Below are positions 18,263 through 26,283 of a DNA stretch of 48,303 bases, one piece after another. The position numbers were made by a program, and so were the translations under genes. A model generated the notes under the pieces. The model made no database searches. It was not told the DNA's origin and worked only from the letters and a program-made list of their open reading frames with translations. Origin of the DNA: Patescibacteria group bacterium (lineage in GTDB: Bacteria; Patescibacteriota; Patescibacteriia; JACRDY01); the NCBI GenBank assembly GCA_041653535.1, contig JBAZFH010000004.1:73271-121573 (forward strand). Reading direction: 5' to 3'. The stretch's first letter is position 1. Every line of letters starts with the position of its first letter.

Positions 18263-19669
18263 CTAATTTTTTAGAATCTCAACCGGCATACCTAGAACCG
18301 ACCAATTATAAATCCATTTAGCGTCAGGGGTATACATATTAACGCAACCATGACTCATCGGATGACCAAAATTAGAATGCCAGTAGGTACCATGAATAGT
18401 ATACGGACCCTTAAAAGACAAAACCCACGGCACACCAGGCAAGTCGTACCCTGGTCCAAACATATGAACGGTCGGTCTTTTACGCCAAATGCTGAAATTA
18501 CCGAGAGGAGTTTTGAGGTATTTCGTACCAGAAGAAATTAAAAAGCTTCGCACTAAAAATCCGCTGTCGTAAGCATACAATGTTTGTTTACTGCCCGTAT
18601 CAACTAAAATTAATTTCCCAGTCACGTTAATGTCTGGCAATTTGTCCGGCGCCACTACTATTTCCAGCGATTTGTCATCATCAAACTGACCAATCGCCAA
18701 CTGGACACCAGTTGTTAAGTCTTGATCAAAGGCAAAAAATTTTTTTTCTTCTCTGCCAAACGAATCGAAAATCTTGACCGAAGGAGAACCGGTGTATCCA
18801 GCACCAACTATGATTTCTTTTTTCCCGTCGCCGTTTGTATCACCACTGGCGATATTAACCCCTCCCTTAAAATCATCACCAAAAACTTTCCAGGAATTAA
18901 TCTTTGAGCCATCGATACGTCGCAAATCAATTACTGGCAAAGAATTATACCGTCCGGCGCTGACCATTTCCGTTTTTTTATCCCCACCAAAATCTTCCAG
19001 AACCATCGACAGACCCAAACTGTCAATATAATCATTACTTTTAAAACCGAGCTTCAAATCATTACCGTTTTTATCAAAAATTTTTACCTCTGACTTTGCA
19101 ACATTATATACTCTGGCAACCGCTATTTCTTCTTGATCGTCTCCGTTGATATCACCAGCGGCAATATTTATACCCTGGGTGTAGTCTTTGGCAAAAGCCA
19201 TCCAACCGATATTAATCTTAGGCGTTCCCGTTCCGTCAAAAATTCTAACGTGCGGACCGCCGCCTTTACCCGGAGCGGTGACGATCTCGTCTTTTTTGTC
19301 ATTGTCCAGGTCGGTTCCCACAACTTGAATACCGCCGGTAAAATTTTTATCGTAAGCTAAAAAATCTCTTAAATACGACCCGTCACTGTCAAAAATCTTA
19401 ACCATTGGTTCACCGCCAAAACCCATGCCAACAACTATTTCACTCCTACCGTCACCGTCAATATCTGCCGCAGCAAGACTGAAATTTTTTACCACCGTAT
19501 CAAAAGGAAAAAATTCTTTTTCTATTTTTAGCGTCTCGCTATCGTAAATCCTGATTAAAGGTTTTGCCGCGACTAAATCTTGGCTATAAACCGCAAAATA
19601 AGGCCAGCAAAAAAAACTGGTCAAAATAACCAAAAACGAGCCTATTTTACTGCTCTTTTTTAAATTCAC
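18263..19669 (-). CDS. secreted FG-GAP repeat protein fused to a YkuD-type L,D-transpeptidase domain
   Basis: Signal peptide. At least 4 DxDGDGxxEI FG-GAP repeats. C-terminal HGTYWHSNFGHPMSHGCVNM catalytic motif. GTG start. Confidence 0.8.
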   Translation of the reverse strand: MNLKKSSKIGSFLVILTSFFCWPYFAVYSQDLVAAKPLIRIYDSETLKIEKEFFPFDTVVKNFSLAAADIDGDGRSEIVVGMGFGGEPMVKIFDSDGSYLRDFLAYDKNFTGGIQVVGTDLDNDKKDEIVTAPGKGGGPHVRIFDGTGTPKINIGWMAFAKDYTQGINIAAGDINGDDQEEIAVARVYNVAKSEVKIFDKNGNDLKLGFKSNDYIDSLGLSMVLEDFGGDKKTEMVSAGRYNSLPVIDLRRIDGSKINSWKVFGDDFKGGVNIASGDTNGDGKKEIIVGAGYTGSPSVKIFDSFGREEKKFFAFDQDLTTGVQLAIGQFDDDKSLEIVVAPDKLPDINVTGKLILVDTGSKQTLYAYDSGFLVRSFLISSGTKYLKTPLGNFSIWRKRPTVHMFGPGYDLPGVPWVLSFKGPYTIHGTYWHSNFGHPMSHGCVNMYTPDAKWIYNWSVLGMPVEILKN

Positions 19670-19676
19670 AAAACGA

Positions 19677-20294
19677 TTAATTTATCTCGTCGATCACTAC
19701 TATTTTTTTGTTCTCCAAAATGCTGTACAAAAATCTATCGGTTATATCTCGACGATATTTATATTCAGTCACCGGCATAAGAGTAAAATTTATTTCATAA
19801 TTCAAATCTTTTTCAAATTTTCTTATCAAACGACTCAGTTTGTCACGATTGATACTGCCGACAATAAACAAATCCGTTGGCGCGCCGACAAAACCAACGA
19901 AGATACCGGTGAGTGCCATATATTTTACCGATCCTATTTTACCGATTTTTTTGACTAAATCGTTTTCGATTAATACCTGAGCTTTTAATATTAAAGCTTT
20001 TAATTCTGCAAATAAAACATGGTCCACGTTAATCTGATAATATTTTTTTTCTTGCTTATTATATTTATTTTTTTTTCCGTTTCTTGCGCCCGCTTTTTCA
20101 CCTACTTTTTCATCGCGCTTAAAAGTTTTTACTAGCCCCAAATCTTCAAGATTTTGCAGTTCTCTCCTTACAGCGTTAATCTGCAAATGCGTTAGTCGGG
20201 TTAACTCTCTGACATAATAGGAGTTTTCCGAATGGTTTAAAAAAATCCGTAAAAGTTTTACTCTAGTTTTTGAACCAAATAGGTGTTCAAGCAT
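19677..20294 (-). CDS. winged-helix transcriptional regulator-like protein
   Basis: LFGSKTRVKLLRIFL...YYVRELTRLTHLQINAVRRELQNLEDLGLV. ATG at 20294 (the ORF-track start is TTG). Confidence 0.55.
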   Translation of the reverse strand: MLEHLFGSKTRVKLLRIFLNHSENSYYVRELTRLTHLQINAVRRELQNLEDLGLVKTFKRDEKVGEKAGARNGKKNKYNKQEKKYYQINVDHVLFAELKALILKAQVLIENDLVKKIGKIGSVKYMALTGIFVGFVGAPTDLFIVGSINRDKLSRLIRKFEKDLNYEINFTLMPVTEYKYRRDITDRFLYSILENKKIVVIDEIN

Positions 20295-20404
20295 AAAATT
20301 GAGTAACAACTGACGGTAAAAAGCCGCCAATAAATTACTATTTAATATTTCTCTTGTTTATAGTATAATATAAACCATAAAAATCCACAACGACAAAACA
20401 ATAT

Positions 20405-22891
20405 ATGATCCCCAGGTTTAGCCAATTATTTATCTATTCGCCTGATAAAAGCAGCTCGCTGTGTAAAATTTTTATTACCACACCAAGCCTGGATAAAGAA
20501 CAGTCCTTAGGACGACTTTTTGGTATTATCGAAATAGAATCAAACGATCGTGGACTTTGGGACACCATAGAAAATCTAGCGACGCTTCTGGAAAAAAGCT
20601 ATTATGGTGAAGATAATATTTTGATTGACGTCGGCCGACCAACTAAAGAAATATCAGTCGAAGAAACATTTGAAAAAACAATTCAAACTTTTAATGACAA
20701 ATTAATAGAGCTGATCAAAGGTGGTAAGTTGGCAAAACTTTTAGAAAAAATGAATATTACCGTTGGGGTTTTAAAAAATAAAAAACTTTATTTTGCCGCC
20801 GTGGGTAATACTAGCGCCTTTTTGCTTCATCAACTCAAAAGCCAAGAATACCGCATGATTGATGTTCTGGACAGCACTGGCGGCAGGGAAGAAAAAATCA
20901 ATCCTTTCAAAATACTCTCCAACGTAGTTAACGGGGAAATCGACAAAAATGACTCCATGATTTTTTGTACCAATACCCTGTTAGACTATCTATCGCTTGA
21001 TAAAATCAAACAGACTTTAACCACCCTAGATCCGGCGGCAGCCAGTAGACATCTTAAAGATTTGCTTTTGGAAGCTAGTATTAACACCGTATTTGCCAGT
21101 ATTATACTAAAACTAATACCGGACGAAGAAGAAATAAAAAGTCAAAAAGAAATCCGTTTACCCCAAAGATCTCTCAATACCTTGATTTCAACGGAAAAAA
21201 CCACCGAACAATATCTTTCTCCCCCATTCAAGTTCAACCTGATCAAATATTCAACTATTATTTTACGCAGCGCAAAAAATACCATGGCAGCAGCTTTTAG
21301 CTATTCCGTACAGAAAGCGAAATCCGCTCAAGAAAAAAGACAGCAAAAATCCAAAGAAACCCAAATTATTGATGTTAATAACGAAATAGAAATAACCGAC
21401 ACAACACCGATTGCAGTTGATGAAGAATCCTCAATTGACGCGAAATTTATCATGCCAATACAGGAATACGCGATACCAACGACAGAAACCGTAGAAACAC
21501 CACTATCAGCACAAATAAAATCGAAAGGTCAGCCAAAATCAATAATAACTCCACAAAATCAAACCAGCGTAAAAATTGCAACCAATCTTTGGATGGTTAT
21601 AAAAAAAGCAGCTGTTTACGTCATACATACAACAAAAAAAACCGCCATTTGGTTGGGACGCACTGGTAAGTCTTTATATTATATTATTACCAATAAAGAC
21701 CAACAACGACGAAAGGAGCGACAAAAACTATACTCTCTTTTTATTAGTTGGCTTGCTAGTTACGTCCGACGATTCAGAGCGCTACCGCCGTTAAGCAGAA
21801 AACTGCTTATTTTTTCCGCCGTTCTTTTTGTTCTCTTCGTTTTTAGTATCGCCCAAACCAGTTACAATAAAACAGCGGCAAAACAAAGAGCTGTTTTTGA
21901 CAATTCCGTATCTCAGATTGAAGCGTTAAATGACAAAATTCAAGGAGCATTAATCTATAACGATGAAACACAGGCTCAAGATCTTTACAAACAGGTTCAA
22001 GATATTTACTCTCAACTAAAAATCAACGGTAAAGACGAGGTCAAAACCGCCGGAGAGATTAAACAAAAAATGGACGAAGTGTCAGCCAGACTTCAGCACG
22101 TAGCAAAAATTAAAGCGCAAAAAATAGCGACGCTGGAAATCCCGGAATCACCGGCAAACATAGCGGCTATGAACATCGTTGGCACAAAAATATTTTTACT
22201 AAATAGTAATAATAACTCTCTTTACTATCTAGACACTGCTGGTTCGGAAATAAAACCTTTGAATCTCAGCTCAAACGATCCCCAGATAAAGTTTGGTCTA
22301 CTTTATAATAATGATATTATTTATTATCACGGTGGCAACGGTCTGATACGCTTTACTACCAAGGAAAGCAAGTTAGAAAATGTTAATATTAATCTAAACG
22401 GCCAAGAAAATAAAGTCACGGATATCGAGTCTTATAATAATCGCCTTTACGTTATTAGCGCTGCCAACAATCAAATTTATCGCTATACGGGTAATCCCGA
22501 GGGTTTTGGCGAGCCCAGCAACTGGGTTAAAGACTCCAACCGAGATTTGAATACTGCCGTATCTATGACTGTAGACGGTGATGTTTATATTCTGCAAAAA
22601 GACGGCAATATTCAAAAATTTACTTCTGGACGTAAACAAAATTTCAGTTTATCAATGATCGAGCCAAAATTAAACGAACCACAAAAAATCTGGACCGATT
22701 CGAAATCAGACAATCTCTATATTTTAGATAAATCGGGTCGAATAGTAGTTGCCGATAAATCCAATGGCAAAATAACAACGCAATATGTAGTAGAAGAATT
22801 AACTGGTTTGACAAATTTTATCGTGGCAGAAAAAGATAAAAAGATATACCTTCTAACCGACACTTCCAGTATCTACCTGCTCAATCTCTAG
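20405..22891 (+). CDS. large membrane-anchored protein: degenerate PP2C-like N-domain, TM helices, C-terminal repeat/propeller-like domain
   Basis: 828-aa ORF. The N-terminal 240 aa resemble the PPM fold pattern (VGVLKNKKLYFAAVGNTSAFLL ... DSMIFCTNTLLDYL) but lack clear metal-binding Asp residues. Function unknown. Confidence 0.7.
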   Translation: MIPRFSQLFIYSPDKSSSLCKIFITTPSLDKEQSLGRLFGIIEIESNDRGLWDTIENLATLLEKSYYGEDNILIDVGRPTKEISVEETFEKTIQTFNDKLIELIKGGKLAKLLEKMNITVGVLKNKKLYFAAVGNTSAFLLHQLKSQEYRMIDVLDSTGGREEKINPFKILSNVVNGEIDKNDSMIFCTNTLLDYLSLDKIKQTLTTLDPAAASRHLKDLLLEASINTVFASIILKLIPDEEEIKSQKEIRLPQRSLNTLISTEKTTEQYLSPPFKFNLIKYSTIILRSAKNTMAAAFSYSVQKAKSAQEKRQQKSKETQIIDVNNEIEITDTTPIAVDEESSIDAKFIMPIQEYAIPTTETVETPLSAQIKSKGQPKSIITPQNQTSVKIATNLWMVIKKAAVYVIHTTKKTAIWLGRTGKSLYYIITNKDQQRRKERQKLYSLFISWLASYVRRFRALPPLSRKLLIFSAVLFVLFVFSIAQTSYNKTAAKQRAVFDNSVSQIEALNDKIQGALIYNDETQAQDLYKQVQDIYSQLKINGKDEVKTAGEIKQKMDEVSARLQHVAKIKAQKIATLEIPESPANIAAMNIVGTKIFLLNSNNNSLYYLDTAGSEIKPLNLSSNDPQIKFGLLYNNDIIYYHGGNGLIRFTTKESKLENVNINLNGQENKVTDIESYNNRLYVISAANNQIYRYTGNPEGFGEPSNWVKDSNRDLNTAVSMTVDGDVYILQKDGNIQKFTSGRKQNFSLSMIEPKLNEPQKIWTDSKSDNLYILDKSGRIVVADKSNGKITTQYVVEELTGLTNFIVAEKDKKIYLLTDTSSIYLLNL

Positions 22892-22905
22892 AATATTTAG
22901 ACACT

Positions 22906-22950
22906 AAAAAATCCAGCTGCGAAACTATGCGGCTGGATTTTATATTTTTA
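22906..22950. terminator. bidirectional terminator between the 828-aa gene and rplL
   Basis: 11-bp stem AATCCAGCTGC / GCGGCTGGATT flanked by an A-run and a T-run. Confidence 0.7.
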
Positions 22951-22960
22951 GAAGTTGCTT

Positions 22961-23362
22961 TTACTTCAAAGTAACTTTAGCACCAGCTTCTTCCAGTTTG
23001 GCTTTAATTTTTGCAGCGTCTTCTTTGGAAGCACCTTCTTTTACCATCTTTGGAGCACCGTCAACTAAGTCTTTAGCGTCTTTCAAACCAAGATCAGTAA
23101 CTTCGCGCACCGCCTTAATAACACCAATCTTGTTAGCACCAGCGTCGGTCAATTCAACGTCAAAACTGGTTTTTTCCTCAGCTGGAGCGGCAGCAGGACC
23201 GGCAGCGGCCATCATGACCGGAGCGGCAGCAGCAGAAACACCAAATTTTTCTTCTAAAACCTTGACTAATTCCGCTAAATCAAGAACCGATAGCTTCTCG
23301 ATTTGTTCGACCAGAGTTTTAAATTTTTCTGGCACTTCGACGACTTTTTTTTCTTCTGACAT
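22961..23362 (-). CDS. rplL: 50S ribosomal protein L7/L12
   Basis: Ala-rich hinge and C-terminal [18 protein letters not shown]. Confidence 0.95.
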   Translation of the reverse strand: MSEEKKVVEVPEKFKTLVEQIEKLSVLDLAELVKVLEEKFGVSAAAAPVMMAAAGPAAAPAEEKTSFDVELTDAGANKIGVIKAVREVTDLGLKDAKDLVDGAPKMVKEGASKEDAAKIKAKLEEAGAKVTLK

Positions 23363-23422
23363 AAATTTAATTCATTTATTCCGCACGAGGCGAAAATTAT
23401 TTTATTTATTTAGTTATCTTGA

Positions 23423-23947
23423 TTAAACGCTTTTTTTATCTTTTATACCGTTAAGCACTACTACTAGTCCGCGCAGATTACCCTGCAAAACGTTTAGCAG
23501 CCCGGACATTGGCGCGGCTATACTGCCAACCAGCTTGGAAAGCAACTCTTCTCTCGTTGGTAACATAGACAGACTCTTAACCATCTCAGAAGCAATAACT
23601 TTATTTTCCAGTAGCCCGCCGAGCACTTTTAAGACTTCGTTATCTTTGGCAAAGGTACAAACTGTTCGGGCCGGAGCTACGTCGTCATCATAAGAAATAG
23701 CCATAGCCATACTACCTGGCAACTGACTCAAATCAATATCGATTTTGGCTTCGTCTAACGAACGTTTAAGCAATGTTCTTTTTACTACCATGTAGTCGAG
23801 TCCGTTTTTGCGGCATTCGCTTCTTAGTTTATTTACCGCGCTAACTTTTAGTCCGGCAAAACTAAAAAATACTACTGACTTAATCTTTGATGCCTTATCG
23901 GCAAAATCTTGGATAATTTCCTGCTTTTGTTGTCTTGTTTTTGGCAT
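23423..23947 (-). CDS. rplJ: 50S ribosomal protein L10
   Basis: Lies upstream of rplL and has the L10 sequence pattern. Confidence 0.9.
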   Translation of the reverse strand: MPKTRQQKQEIIQDFADKASKIKSVVFFSFAGLKVSAVNKLRSECRKNGLDYMVVKRTLLKRSLDEAKIDIDLSQLPGSMAMAISYDDDVAPARTVCTFAKDNEVLKVLGGLLENKVIASEMVKSLSMLPTREELLSKLVGSIAAPMSGLLNVLQGNLRGLVVVLNGIKDKKSV

Positions 23948-24010
23948 ATATATAGCAACTAGCGGCTAAAAGTTAACGGCTAAAACCGCTTTCCCTAGCC
24001 TATTATTTAC

Positions 24011-24034
24011 AAAAAAACTGCGGATCTACCGCAG
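24011..24034 (-). terminator. intrinsic terminator inside the rplJ leader (attenuator candidate)
   Basis: Minus strand: CTGCGG-TAGAT-CCGCAG followed by T7, about 60 nt upstream of the rplJ ATG. Confidence 0.55.
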
Positions 24035-24144
24035 AAATAAGCCAAAAAATGGAGATGTTTGGCTGTTTTACCTACACGGGACTTATTGTTTGCCCGTGGT
24101 CTGCGGCAAACCCTTTTAAATAAGGGTAAAATTTAGATGTCCAC

Positions 24145-24172
24145 AGTATAACAAATCTCTAAAATAAGTCAA
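24145..24172 (-). promoter_or_regulatory. rplJ-rplL promoter
   Basis: Minus strand: TTGACT (24172..24167), 16-nt spacer, TATACT (24150..24145). Confidence 0.55.
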
Positions 24173-24223
24173 GAAGTCATCCCGCTAACCAGCACTAACC
24201 ATCTTCAACTTCAACTCATAATG

Positions 24224-24253
24224 AAAAAATCCTGCCAAAAGGCAAGATTTTTT
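24224..24253 (-). terminator. rho-independent terminator after the tRNA-Tyr-tailed element
   Basis: Minus strand: AAAAAATCTTGCC-TTTT-GGCAGGATTTTTT. Confidence 0.7.
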
Positions 24254-24257
24254 CATA

Positions 24258-24378
24258 TGGGCCGGGAGGGATTCGTGTCCTGGGCAGCGCTCACCGTTCC
24301 CAGGGTCGCAGTTCGCGACGCTCGTCTGCGTTCGCCCTTGGCGAACTTAACTCGCTTCTGCCCGTGCGAATCTTCCTC
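24258..24378 (-). ncRNA. GC-rich structured RNA candidate ending in a copy of the tRNA-Tyr 3' end (unclassified)
   Basis: GC-rich island in AT-rich DNA. The 20-nt stretch 24256..24275 is identical to 24421..24440: the last 18 nt of tRNA-Tyr (T-loop 3' half plus acceptor 3' strand) plus the 2 bases that follow it. Nested helices GATTCG/CGAATC, GGGCAG/CTGCCC, GTTCGCC/GGCGAAC and GTCGC/GCGAC. Own terminator. No 5' acceptor strand, so it is not a tRNA. Confidence 0.4.
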
Positions 24379-24385
24379 ATCAAAA

Positions 24386-24420
24386 GAAAAAATTGCAAGC
24401 CAAAAGGCTGCAATTTTTTC
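24386..24420 (-). terminator. rho-independent terminator after tRNA-Tyr
   Basis: Minus strand: AAAAAATTGCAGCC-TTTT-GGCTTGCAATTTTTT. Near-duplicate of the 24224..24253 terminator. Confidence 0.7.
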
Positions 24421-24422
24421 TA

Positions 24423-24504
24423 TGGGCCGGGAGGGATTCGCACCCCCGAAGGCAAAGCCAGCTGATTTACAGTCAGCCCCATTTGACTGCTTTGGTACCG
24501 ACCC
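24423..24504 (-). tRNA. tRNA-Tyr (GTA), class II with long variable arm, CCA not encoded
   Basis: Acceptor GGGTCGG/CCGGCCC. Anticodon stem GCTGA/TCAGC with loop CTGTAAA. Variable arm GGC-TTT-GCC. T-arm GGGGG-TGCGAAT-CCCTC, which is unusual in having G rather than T at position 55. Confidence 0.85.
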
Positions 24505-24505
24505 A

Positions 24506-24581
24506 TGGAGCCGTTGCGCGGATTTGAACCGCGGACCTACTCCTTACCATGGAGTTGCTCTACCAGCTGAGCTACAACGGC
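24506..24581 (-). tRNA. tRNA-Thr (GGT), CCA encoded
   Basis: GCCGTTG TA GCTC AGCTGGTA GAGC A ACTCC ATGGTAA GGAGT AGGTC CGCGG TTCAAAT CCGCG CAACGGC T CCA. A perfect cloverleaf. Confidence 0.95.
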
Positions 24582-25502
24582 TTATTTTTTATCTTCAAAA
24601 GATAAAGGCTTTCCTAAATCGCGTATCTTTTTAGCAAATTCTTTAATTTTATTATTTTCTGGATTTACTTTCTTCAGATGAGCCAATGTATCTTTAGCCT
24701 CATCCTTATCGCCCACAATTATACAGATATCTATCAAAGAGTCAAGATATCTGGGATTATTTGGCTCTAGACCAACCGCCTTTTCCAAACTATCTTTAGC
24801 TGAACTATAGTCACGGGATTCCTTATAAACGTTGGCTAAATCGAAATAACGAACCGCCGCCTGTGAGTCTAACTCTAAAGACTTTAAATAATAACCTCTA
24901 GCTTTTTCCAAGTCTCCTTGAGCGATGGCGATATTGCCCAAACGCGAATAAGCATCAAAGTTATCAGCGTTCATTTTGATAATATATTCAAATGTTTCTT
25001 GAGCCTGATCAAGTTTTCCTTTTTCCCAATACAAATCACCCAAACCCTGATAAGCTTCAATGTTTTTGTGGTCCAAAGAAATCGCGTCAATGAATTTTCG
25101 TTCAGCTGCCTCGAACTCCTCTTCCTCGGTCAGCTTTCTTCCTTCACTGACTAAATCGCCGGCTTGTTGAATTATTTTTTCTTTTTCTTGAGGTGTATGA
25201 GCCGAAACTTTAGCTCGATATCTTTTTTCTAAATCTAAAACATTTTGATAGGTTGTTTTGAAGCTTCCAAATATTTTTTCTAGCGTCGGCTTCATTTTTT
25301 TAGCCATTTTTCTACTACTCTCTACTAAATTTCTCCTCAATTTTTCTCTCACAATTCTTTTCTTAACCAAAGAATCTTGACCAGAAGAAGACGCATTGAC
25401 ATCAATATTACTTAATGCAGGAAATTTTTTGACAATAATAATAATCACTACAAGAAGACAAATAACAATCACCGCTAATGCAATTATATTGGCTATTATC
25501 AT
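24582..25502 (-). CDS. membrane-anchored TPR repeat protein
   Basis: N-terminal TM helix and several 34-aa TPR-like repeats (AYQGLGDLYWEKGKLDQAQETFEYIIKMNADN...). Confidence 0.8.
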   Translation of the reverse strand: MIIANIIALAVIVICLLVVIIIIVKKFPALSNIDVNASSSGQDSLVKKRIVREKLRRNLVESSRKMAKKMKPTLEKIFGSFKTTYQNVLDLEKRYRAKVSAHTPQEKEKIIQQAGDLVSEGRKLTEEEEFEAAERKFIDAISLDHKNIEAYQGLGDLYWEKGKLDQAQETFEYIIKMNADNFDAYSRLGNIAIAQGDLEKARGYYLKSLELDSQAAVRYFDLANVYKESRDYSSAKDSLEKAVGLEPNNPRYLDSLIDICIIVGDKDEAKDTLAHLKKVNPENNKIKEFAKKIRDLGKPLSFEDKK

Positions 25503-25505
25503 AAA

Positions 25506-26270
25506 CTATATTTCGTTAATCAATTTTTGAAATCCATAACAATCCAGGCTGGCTCCTCCGACTAAAAAACCTTCCAAAATATCTATCCGAGAAAAAAATT
25601 CAATAGTCTGTTCGTTGACCGTACCGCCGTAAATCACTTTAAAATTTTTATTAAATTTATCAATACCGTATATCTCAATTAAAACATGACGAATCATCTG
25701 ACAGCTTTCTTCCACCTCCTTTGTAGTAGCGGCGCGACTCCCCCGACTAGTACTAATCGTCCAAAATGGTTCATAACTAACGACTATTACTTCGTCTTTT
25801 TGCGGGTCGACTCCTTGTAATGCTTCGCTGATCTGCTTTGCCACTACCGCCGCCGTTCTACCTTCTTGTTTTTCGTTCCAATCCTCACCAACACAAACTA
25901 TTGGAATCAAACCATATTGTACGGCGGTTTTGATTTTGCGGTTAACCATGATAAAATCTTCTTTAAAAAAATTCTTTCGCTCAGAATGTCCTAAAATAAC
26001 ATAACTACAACCAAGCTCGACAAGCATAGCGGGCGACACCTCTCCTGTCAATGCGCCAAAATCTTTTTCTGCACAATTTTGTGCGCCGATTTTTATTTTT
26101 GATCTTTTTAGCAATTTATTAGCTGCCGGTAAAACAGGATATGATGGCGCGATTACTAATTCGACATTATTTAATTTTAATTTTTTACACTGCTTAATCA
26201 AAAAGACACTTTTACTAAGTGTCAGGTTCATCTTCCAGTTCGCAACAACTAAATATTTTTTGTGCTTCAT
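25506..26270 (-). CDS. tpiA: triosephosphate isomerase
   Basis: ANWKMN, GHSERK and the C-terminal YGGT/GGASL motifs. ATG at 26270 (the ORF-track start is GTG). Confidence 0.9.
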   Translation of the reverse strand: MKHKKYLVVANWKMNLTLSKSVFLIKQCKKLKLNNVELVIAPSYPVLPAANKLLKRSKIKIGAQNCAEKDFGALTGEVSPAMLVELGCSYVILGHSERKNFFKEDFIMVNRKIKTAVQYGLIPIVCVGEDWNEKQEGRTAAVVAKQISEALQGVDPQKDEVIVVSYEPFWTISTSRGSRAATTKEVEESCQMIRHVLIEIYGIDKFNKNFKVIYGGTVNEQTIEFFSRIDILEGFLVGGASLDCYGFQKLINEI

Positions 26271-26283
26271 ATTACCAATTATT

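Noticed and set aside
24258-24378. Identification of the GC-rich element as tRNA, tmRNA, SRP RNA, RNase P RNA or 6S RNA
   Set aside because: There is no 5' acceptor strand complementary to CCGGCCC. It is too short for tmRNA, RNase P RNA or 6S RNA. It lacks the SRP domain IV GGAA/AGCA motifs and the RNase P GAGGAAAGUCC box (only a loose GAGGAAGAUUCG resemblance).
24256-24440. The 20-nt direct repeat of the tRNA-Tyr 3' end read as attL/attR of an integrated island
   Set aside because: Only about 145 bp lie between the repeats, and no integrase or other mobile gene is nearby. At most it is a scar, so it is kept as one hypothesis within the finding rather than annotated as a mobile element.
24221-24634. 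137-aa plus-strand ORF, preceded by CTAACCA repeats
   Set aside because: It runs antisense through two well-formed tRNA genes, two terminators and the GC-rich element. Its length is explained by the GC-rich RNA genes. No coding signal.
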